Assembly (NCBI GenBank): GCA_030616125.1
Contig: JAUWXZ010000001.1
Span: 1-31,635, forward strand
DNA length: 31,635 nt
Source of the DNA: Candidatus Aenigmatarchaeota archaeon
GTDB lineage: Archaea > Aenigmatarchaeota > Aenigmatarchaeia > CG10238-14 > SCSR01
Direction: 5' to 3'
A program made the position numbers and the translations under genes. Position 1 is the stretch's first letter; each line of letters starts with the position of its first letter. The notes beneath the pieces were generated by a model, which had not been told where the DNA came from, did not search any database, and worked only from the letters and a program-made list of their open reading frames with translations. Positions 1 through 8,200 of this stretch are shown one piece after another.

Positions 1-3000
1 AATGCTTCTGCTCCAACAACTTCAGACACAGTAATACTTACAATAACTATACCCCCAAACAAGACATGGAGCAGAGAACCAGAAAGTTTCCCAATGCTAA
101 CAGTTGGAGCAGGTCAACAAGGAGTTATTGGATATATAACTTTAAACAACACAGGAAATGTTCCAATAACCTTTGAACTATCCTCAGTTGGTAATGGTTC
201 AGCATACATAGGAACAACCCAATCCTCGATAACAGTAGAAAACCAGTCTTCTGGTTCAGTGACAGTTAATTATTCTGCACCTTCACTTTCAGAGTTGGGT
301 GATGATTTGATGAGAATTTATTTTGTCAATATAACAGTAACAAATTCTTCTGCATTACCTCAGCAACTAAATACTTCAACATTCTTAAGAGTTACAAAGT
401 TTTCTGTCAATATAATATCTCCAAACCAAACCAATCCAGTAAGTGTTACAACAGGTGACAATATAACAATCTATACAACTGCAACTTGGGGAGAAGACCC
501 ACAAGGTGAAAATGTTGAATTCAATGTCGCTTTCAATGAAACAGAGTGCCCAATTATAAGTACAAAATTCTTAACAGATCCGACAAAGCCTTATTACTTG
601 GTTTGGGAAATAAACTGTACAGCTCCAGAACTAACAGATGCTAAAAATTACACTCTCTACGTCACAGGAAATTATACAGTTTATGATGCAACTTCAACAG
701 ACTCAGAGGAAAATGCAATTATCTATCCAGATGTCACAAAACCGTTTTTCACAGGAGTTCATGCAGATTCTGTAGAACCAAACAACAACTCAACAATAGA
801 AGTTAATACATCAGATAATGTTGGTGTAGAAGAAGTTATAACCCAAGTGACCTATCCAAACACAACTCATGCGAATTATTCCATGACAAATATATCTCTT
901 ACAACATGGAGATTAGAATTTTCTGACACTTCTGAGGTAGGAAATTATGATTTAGTATTTTATGCAAGAGACGATGAAAATAACTGGAACTCAACTACAG
1001 GCTGGTTTGAAGTTTACTTGCCAATTATATTCAATGGAACAGCAAAAGATGCAGAAGGTAGCCCAGTCCAAATTGAATTTAATTTATATAGAGTTGGAAT
1101 CGATCAAAAAATATTTACTATCCAAACAAATGAAACAGGATTTTATAATGCAACAATAAGCAATAGAAGTTATGATTTGGAGATCAGATCATTTGGACAT
1201 ATAATTGAAACAAACAACACTCCAATAACTCAGTCAGTCCAAGATCCTATTTTGATAGACGAAGTTCCTGTATCAAAAATAGGGGCAGGAGCTTTGAGAG
1301 TAATAGCAATAGAAACAATTCTATCTTATGATTCAGCGAATGTAAGTCTAAACTATTCAGGGACAAGCTATACAAACGAAAACTTATTAGGAATCTATCA
1401 TTGTGCCAATTGGTCATTCTCTGGTCAAAGTTGCAGCTCAAGCTGGAATAGGCTCAATTCTACTCTGATAGGAAACAATTTGGTTTCTGCCAATCCATCA
1501 AGTCTTTCAGCTTTTGTCATTGCTCAATATATTTGTGGAGATAACAAATGTGATTCAACGTATGGAGAATCAAATGCTGTTTGTCCACAAGATTGTCCAG
1601 CAAGTGAGCCAGGTGGCCCAGGTGGACCAGGAGGTCCCAGTGGACCATCTGCACCTCCAGAAAAACCTATACCTCTAGAAGTTTCAACTAATCAGTTAGA
1701 CATTACTTTGCATCCAGGAGAATATCAAATAACTTCAATAGCAATCCAAAACAATTTAGATAAGAAAATTACTGCAGAGCTTTCAGTGGAGGGAAGAATT
1801 TGGGAATTCACACAATTTGAAGAAACTTCAATATCCATACCAGCAAAGAGTAGAGACTATGCAAGAATAAAATTCCATGCTTTGCCAACAACTTTACCTG
1901 GAATTTACACAGGAACAATAATTATTAAAACAGCAGGAGGTACTCAAGAGATTGCTACAATTTTAAGAGTCACGCCTATAAGAGAAGCTTTGCTAGACAT
2001 AAAAGTAGAAACTATAACAAAAGAAGTGATACCAGGACGTCTGTTGACTACTCGATTATACTTATACAATCTTGGGATGACAAAAAAAGTAGATGTTTTT
2101 CTCAACTATACGATTAGCTCAATAGAAACGGGCGAGATAATAGGCATATACCAAGATACTCGCGCAATAGAAACTTCTCTAACATTTGTCAAAAAGTTTG
2201 AAATACCTGAAGATACAAAACTAGGAAAATACATGATAGAAGTTGCAGCATACTATGATTCAAAATTTGCAAGTTCGACCGATTCATTCAGAGTTGTTAA
2301 AACTCCATGGATAATCACAATGCTTTGGGCAATACTCATGAGTGAATTCACTTACATTGCAATTTTGCTTATAATTATTGGCTATTTCGGTTTTAAATTC
2401 TACAAGAGAAAGAGGAAAGAAAAGATAAGAAAAGCAAGGTATGTATTTCCAGTAGACTTCAAGAAATTACCAAGAGGAATAAACGTTGGAAAAATTGCTG
2501 AAACAGATGTTAATGCGTATGTAGATACTGATAAATTAACTCAACACATGATAGTTGCTGGTGGAACTGGTTCTGGAAAAACAGTTGCAGCAATGGTGAT
2601 AGCAGAAGAAGTCTTGAAAAAAGGAATACCCATAATAGTTTTTGATCCAACAGCCCAATGGACAGGCTTCATCAAAAGTTGCAGAGACGAAAAAATGCTT
2701 AGCTTATACAAAAAGTTTGGTCTAAAACCAGAAGATGCCAAAGCATTCAAAGGAAGTATAGTAGACATCACAGACCCTAATACAAAAATTGATATTGAAA
2801 AGTATGTGAAGAAAGGAGAGATAACGATATTCTGTATAAATAAACTTAAACCAGCTCAGCTAGATAACTTTGTTAGAAAAACCATAGATACAATATTTGC
2901 AGTTCCTTGGGAAGAAGCAAGAAAATTAAAATTATTGATTGTTTATGACGAAGTTCACCGCTTACTACCAAAGTATGGAGGGAAAGGAGGATATGTAGCT

Positions 3001-3504
3001 TTGGAGCGCGGTGTAAGAGAATTCAGAAAATGGGGAATTGGTTTGATAATGATTTCTCAAGTATTGTTAGATTTCAGGGGCGCAATTAGAGCTGTAATAG
3101 CTTCCGAGGCCCAATTGAGAACAAAGTACAGTGGAGATATAAATAGAGTGAAAAGTAAGTTCGGGCCAGAATATGCAGCCACCTTACCAAAACTCCGAAC
3201 AGGTAATGTGTTAACACAAAATCCAGAATTTAATGATGGTAAACCATGGTTCATAGAGTTTAGGCCATTACTGCATGACACTTCAAGAATATCAGAAGAA
3301 GATTTGAGAAAATATAAAGAATTTGAAAAAGAAATTTCTGAACTTGAAGATCAAGTAAATAAGTTAAAAGCGAAGAAAATAGAAACTTATGATATAGAGC
3401 TAGAATTGGGTTTGGCAAAAGAAAAAGTAAAACTTGGTCAACTGCGCATGGCAGAAACTTATATTGAATCGATTAAAACTAGGATTAAATCAATCAAAAA
3501 GTGA
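1..3504 (+). CDS. Giant surface glycoprotein (Ig-like repeats, PGF-pre-PGF-like domain, Cys motif, Pro/Gly linker) fused via a single TM helix to a cytoplasmic HerA/DUF87 (FtsK/VirB4-like) ATPase; 5'-partial
   Basis: Frame 1 is open from base 1 (NASAPTTSDTVILQ...), so the ORF-track start at 94 is internal. Hydrophobic segment PWIITMLW...YFGFKFY at ~2305-2403 is followed by KRKRKEK. Walker A GGTGSGKT at 2560-2583, VFDP motif, Walker B LLIVYDEVH at ~2932-2958, then REFRKWGIGLIMISQ typical of HerA/TrwB-like ATPases. Confidence 0.85.
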   Translation, partial: NASAPTTSDTVILTITIPPNKTWSREPESFPMLTVGAGQQGVIGYITLNNTGNVPITFELSSVGNGSAYIGTTQSSITVENQSSGSVTVNYSAPSLSELGDDLMRIYFVNITVTNSSALPQQLNTSTFLRVTKFSVNIISPNQTNPVSVTTGDNITIYTTATWGEDPQGENVEFNVAFNETECPIISTKFLTDPTKPYYLVWEINCTAPELTDAKNYTLYVTGNYTVYDATSTDSEENAIIYPDVTKPFFTGVHADSVEPNNNSTIEVNTSDNVGVEEVITQVTYPNTTHANYSMTNISLTTWRLEFSDTSEVGNYDLVFYARDDENNWNSTTGWFEVYLPIIFNGTAKDAEGSPVQIEFNLYRVGIDQKIFTIQTNETGFYNATISNRSYDLEIRSFGHIIETNNTPITQSVQDPILIDEVPVSKIGAGALRVIAIETILSYDSANVSLNYSGTSYTNENLLGIYHCANWSFSGQSCSSSWNRLNSTLIGNNLVSANPSSLSAFVIAQYICGDNKCDSTYGESNAVCPQDCPASEPGGPGGPGGPSGPSAPPEKPIPLEVSTNQLDITLHPGEYQITSIAIQNNLDKKITAELSVEGRIWEFTQFEETSISIPAKSRDYARIKFHALPTTLPGIYTGTIIIKTAGGTQEIATILRVTPIREALLDIKVETITKEVIPGRLLTTRLYLYNLGMTKKVDVFLNYTISSIETGEIIGIYQDTRAIETSLTFVKKFEIPEDTKLGKYMIEVAAYYDSKFASSTDSFRVVKTPWIITMLWAILMSEFTYIAILLIIIGYFGFKFYKRKRKEKIRKARYVFPVDFKKLPRGINVGKIAETDVNAYVDTDKLTQHMIVAGGTGSGKTVAAMVIAEEVLKKGIPIIVFDPTAQWTGFIKSCRDEKMLSLYKKFGLKPEDAKAFKGSIVDITDPNTKIDIEKYVKKGEITIFCINKLKPAQLDNFVRKTIDTIFAVPWEEARKLKLLIVYDEVHRLLPKYGGKGGYVALERGVREFRKWGIGLIMISQVLLDFRGAIRAVIASEAQLRTKYSGDINRVKSKFGPEYAATLPKLRTGNVLTQNPEFNDGKPWFIEFRPLLHDTSRISEEDLRKYKEFEKEISELEDQVNKLKAKKIETYDIELELGLAKEKVKLGQLRMAETYIESIKTRIKSIKK
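1609..1653 (+). repeat. Imperfect 9-nt tandem repeat encoding a PGG-PGG-PGG-PSG-PSA linker
   Basis: ccaggtggc ccaggtgga ccaggaggt cccagtgga ccatctgca read directly from the sequence. Confidence 0.8.
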
Positions 3505-3508
3505 GTAA

Positions 3509-5017
3509 ATGGCTAAAAAGAAGAAAGAAGAAAAAACAGTTGGAGAAATTTTAAGTGAAGAATATGCTAAACAGAAAACAGCTGAGCCAGAAGAAATTGA
3601 ACCAAAAAAACCCGAAGAGCCAAAGATAGAATCAAAAATAAAAATTGAAGAAGAGATAGATTTAAGAAAACTTCTGATGGATGTAGAAAAACTTGGAGCA
3701 GAGGTCAATGCTTTAAAAGAAGTAAAATTTCATGCCGATGAAATAATAAAAGAACTTGCCGAGAGCATAGGAGAAATTAGATCTTTATTATTTCAAAGAG
3801 ATGCAACCATAAAAGAAACTGGAGCAAAAATTGATAAAATTGAAGAAATTGTTTCTGAAATAAAACCGGAAAAAATAGCGAGTCAGCTCAGAAAAAGAGA
3901 AGCAGAGATTAGTGAAAACATAGCAAGAATAGAAAAACTTGAAAGAATGTCAAAGGATTTGCTCGATCAAATAAGAAAATCACAAAAAATTCTTGAAAAT
4001 ATAAAAAGTATGGAAAATTTAGTTGAAATAACTAAAGATATAGAATCAAAACTTGAAAAAATTGAAGAACTTAAATCTGGAACAGAAAGAGAAGCTGGAA
4101 AAACGGAAAAAATTTATCTTGAGATGGGTAGAAGGTTTTCAGAATTTTCAGCCTTTAAAGAAAAAATAACAAAAGTTGAAGAATTAAGCAAAGAATTGGT
4201 CAAGAGTTTGGATGAAGTTAAAATTAAACTTGAGAATACAGTGAGTAAAGAAGATATGCAATCAGCTTTAGAAGACGCTTTAAAACCTCCAGAGCTTGGA
4301 GCAGATGTCGAGGAATTAAACAAAAGAAAAAATGAGATTCTAAGTCTTTTGAAAAATTTAGGAGATCAGTTCAGGCAAGGGCTCATATCAAAAGAAAGCT
4401 ATGATGAAGTTGTTGAAAAAAACAAAAGTATACTTCAGCAGATAGAGAATGAGGTAAAAGAAGCAGAAACTAGAAAAAAACCTGAAAATTTGATTGCGTG
4501 GTTAAACCAGATTGAAGAGAAAATAAAAGATTTGGAACTAAAAACCAGCGTCATCGAAAAAAGTAAGGTTTCAAGAGACACCGAAGAAATGAGAAATCAA
4601 ATTTCAAGTATAAAAGAAGACTTGGAAAAACAAAAGGCAATGATGGAGGATATTTTAGGATTACAATTAACTCAAAAAACTTTGACTGATGAAACAAGCG
4701 AAAAGAAAGCTAGAAAACTAGAGATAGAGTCTATTAAAAGTTTATTAGCGACTTTGGAAGATCAATATAGGGAAGGAGTTATTTCTGAAAAAACTTATAT
4801 GGAAACAAAAAGCAAAAACTTGGAACGGCTAAGGGAAAAACCTGAAATCAAAAAAGAGTCTGAAATAAAAATCCCACCTGTTGAAACAGAAACTAAGAAA
4901 ACAAGTTGGGATGAATTAAGAGATGCATCATTATTAGCAAAAATAAAAGAGCTTAATGAAAAAATCGAAAAGTTATCAAAAAAGTCCGAATATCCTAGAC
5001 CAGTAATATTAGAATAA
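3509..5017 (+). CDS. Cytoplasmic long coiled-coil protein with two SHOCT/CdvA-like motifs
   Basis: 502 aa, E/K/I/L-rich with heptad character and no signal peptide or TM. Contains LLKNLGDQFRQGLISKESY and LLATLEDQYREGVISEKTY. Starts 4 nt after the upstream stop. Confidence 0.75.
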   Translation: MAKKKKEEKTVGEILSEEYAKQKTAEPEEIEPKKPEEPKIESKIKIEEEIDLRKLLMDVEKLGAEVNALKEVKFHADEIIKELAESIGEIRSLLFQRDATIKETGAKIDKIEEIVSEIKPEKIASQLRKREAEISENIARIEKLERMSKDLLDQIRKSQKILENIKSMENLVEITKDIESKLEKIEELKSGTEREAGKTEKIYLEMGRRFSEFSAFKEKITKVEELSKELVKSLDEVKIKLENTVSKEDMQSALEDALKPPELGADVEELNKRKNEILSLLKNLGDQFRQGLISKESYDEVVEKNKSILQQIENEVKEAETRKKPENLIAWLNQIEEKIKDLELKTSVIEKSKVSRDTEEMRNQISSIKEDLEKQKAMMEDILGLQLTQKTLTDETSEKKARKLEIESIKSLLATLEDQYREGVISEKTYMETKSKNLERLREKPEIKKESEIKIPPVETETKKTSWDELRDASLLAKIKELNEKIEKLSKKSEYPRPVILE

Positions 5018-5025
5018 GTTTTTAG

Positions 5026-5070
5026 TATATTAATACATCAATATATTATTCTATTAATATATTAATATAT
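5026..5070. promoter_or_regulatory. Candidate promoter/operator with three TATTAATA copies forming overlapping palindromes
   Basis: TATTAATA at 5028-5035, 5052-5059 and 5060-5067. Perfect palindromes at 5052-5067 (16 bp) and 5057-5070 (14 bp), directly upstream of the wHTH start. The region is almost pure AT, so chance is a real possibility. Confidence 0.35.
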
Positions 5071-5072
5071 AG

Positions 5073-5285
5073 ATGAGACCTTCAATTACCGATGGAAAAA
5101 TCCTTAAAATTCTTCGAGAGTCAAAAGTACCCATCTCTACTTACCAAATAGCTAAAAAAGCTAATGTGGTGTGGTCTACAGCAAACTCACACTGCTACAA
5201 ACTCAAATCAATGAAGCGAATTGACAGCAAAACTGAGAAATCAAAGTTCGGTTTTGGAGAAAAAATTATATGGTGGATTAAATGA
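5073..5285 (+). CDS. Small winged helix-turn-helix DNA-binding protein
   Basis: KILKILRESKVPISTYQIAKKANVVWSTANSHCYKLKSMKRI fits a wHTH pattern. ATGA overlap with the next gene. Confidence 0.75.
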   Translation: MRPSITDGKILKILRESKVPISTYQIAKKANVVWSTANSHCYKLKSMKRIDSKTEKSKFGFGEKIIWWIK

Positions 5286-8200
5286 AAAAAATGATTTTGC
5301 TTTTATTGGCTTTATTTTTCTTTATTTATTTTTCTCCCTTAGCTAAGGCAGAATGGTGGAATACAAATTGGCATTATAAATTACCTATAAATATAAGCTT
5401 TGCTTCTGAGGCAGAGAACGCTTCTGTCAATGTGACCTTAAACTTTACTGCTTTACTAGAACAAGTAGGAGATGATGATAAAACATTTGATCCAAATTCT
5501 ATCAGAGTAATTGAAGATAGCTATGAACACCCTCATGACTGGGAGAATGAAACTCTTACTAGAGGAAATGTTAGTTGGATAGCAAATGGAACTACCCCAG
5601 CAAACACCAACAGAACTTTTTACGTTTATTTTGATGTAATAGAAAATGGTGCAAAGTCGGAAGGAAAAATTATATCAGAAGAACCTTACTGGAGGTCTGG
5701 ATATGAAGATAATATGGATGTTTGGTCTAATCAGTCTACTTCCCCAGGAATAGGCTATGAATGGAATAGAACTTGGGCACAATCTTTAGAGACTTACTGG
5801 AAATGGTGTACCGAGGCTCCTATATATGATTATGCATATCTCTATGTAGATGGTTCAGAAGTTAGTCAAAAATACGGCACAGGTTCTGAAACTATTCTCT
5901 TTCAAGGAAATGGACTAGCAGCAAGATTTACGTCTGATGATAGTGTAATAGAGAGTTGTACGGACGGATATGGCACATATGGAACTGCTGTTGATTGGGT
6001 AAAGTTTTACGAAACAGCAAACTATACCACTCCTGCTTTTAGTGAATTTTTTGGCAATACACAAACTCAATATCCTCCAGTGCTGGAAAATTTTATTGTT
6101 TCACCTTCCTTAGATGGATGGGGAGAATATTTTAACTATACTGTTGATGTTTCTGACAGAGAAAACGATGAGGTAAATGTTACTCTATGGGTAAATAAAA
6201 GTACTGGATGGGAAAAACAAGAAACAAAAACAATAACTCCACCTGGAGAATTGTACTGGTATATTTCTATTTTTTCTTGTTCAGATATCGGAGCAAGACA
6301 ATATAAGTTTGAATATAAAGACTGGGCTCATGATTGGGAAAACACTTCTACGCAAACAGGTCCAACTCTAGAAAACGATGATATTTCTCTAGAATATCTA
6401 ACTGGAAATGATACTTCAGTCAATAGGGAAGGAAATTACAATGTTACTCTGGGAATAAGATTTAAAGATCTAGACAAAAACCAATGGGTTTCAGGAGAAA
6501 CAGTAAACTTCTGGGTTTTCTATTCCAGTACTTGGAATCAAGTAGGATCTAACACAAGCGATACTGATGGAAACACAACTTTTGATTTCGATCCAAATTG
6601 TTCTGTAGAGGTTGGAAATCATAACTGGAAAGCAAATTACAGCAACACTTGTTACAAATCTAATGAATCAGACACTTTCTCTTTCGATGTAATAGGTCAA
6701 TTAAAAAATTATTTGGAAAAACCTTTGCAAGACTCTGTTTATTGGCAAGGCGACCAAATTCCTTTAGAAGCTAATGTTACTGATGAATGTACAAATTTTA
6801 TAATTGGAGCAGTAGTTAATTTTACTCTGAATGAAACAGTAGATGTTTGTTCAGCTGATGATAAAGGAGATGGGACTTATAACTGTACGTGGGATTCTTC
6901 AGGAAAGCCTTTAGGTAATTATTCTGTCAGAGTAAATTCTTCAAAATCTAATTATAATTTTAATTCAACTCTTTGGGAAGATAGATTTTCTTTAGAAACT
7001 GCCCCACCCTCAATTACAATCAATCTTTCAAAATATCAGATAGAACAACTGGACTCACTGCAGATAAATGCTACTGTTATTGATAATTCTGGAACAGGAA
7101 TCGATTGGGTAAAAATAAATGTCACAAGACCCAATGGGACTTTGGACCAAGAAAACATGACAAATTTGGTTTCAAACATTTGGAGCATCGACTATCCAAA
7201 TAGCTGGGGGAATACTTCTGAAAGAGGAACCTACAACATAACTGTTTATGCTAAAGACAATGTTCCAAAAACTGGAACTTCTAATGATACTTTTAAAGTT
7301 TATATCAAGCTTAATGTAACACTAAAAACTCAAGAGGCTATTTACTATCAAGGCGATACCGGAAGGCTTGAGTATACACTTAAAGATATGGATAATAATT
7401 CCGTAGCAAATTCTAATGTCACTTTTGAAATAAAAAATCCCAACCAGGTTTTAATTTGGAACGATGACAATATTATTAGTGTAACAAACCAAAACGGAAC
7501 CATCGAACCCCTACCAAGCTTTGAACTCGCTTCAGATGATCCCATTGGACAATATAGACTCTACTCCTTCACAAGCTATTGGGATACTCTAGCTGGTGTT
7601 ACAGTTAGCAAGGAGAATAACTACACATTCAATGTTTCTGAAAAACCAGTAGTAGAGATGCTAGCACTAAGTTTAGAAGCACCAGCAGAAGCAGCAGTCG
7701 GAAAAAAATTACAAGTTTCGGCGACTGTAACAGATAGTGTAAAAAATATAGATGTTGATTCTGCAAAAACAAGCTTGTACGACCCACTAAATAATCTAAT
7801 AGTAGATAATGTCGCGATGGATCATGTCAGTACAGGAATATACAGCAGAAACTATACAACCTCTTCTTCATCAACTCAAGGTAATTGGAAGTGGATTGTT
7901 AATGTAACCAAGGGTTCTAACAGCATAATAAAGGAAATTTTCACACGCTTAGTTGGAGGACCATTTGATGTAAGGAACATAACTGTAATTGACAATATAA
8001 TTCCAGATCTTAGTATTTCGGTTATAATAGAAAACAAAGGAGATGCGGGACAAGATGTAACTGTAGAGTGGAACTTGACCAGAACTGATACAGGAAAAAG
8101 CCTGGATAGTGGAGCTGCGACAATCTATATAGAGGGTCTTTCAACAAAAGTTCACATAGTCCAACCAAGCACAAATTATCTTGGTGAAGTAAAAATAACT

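Noticed and set aside
2410-3504. HerA-NurA-Mre11-Rad50 repair operon
   Set aside because: No nurA, mre11 or rad50 is present. The ATPase is membrane-fused and the adjacent coiled-coil protein lacks ABC head motifs.
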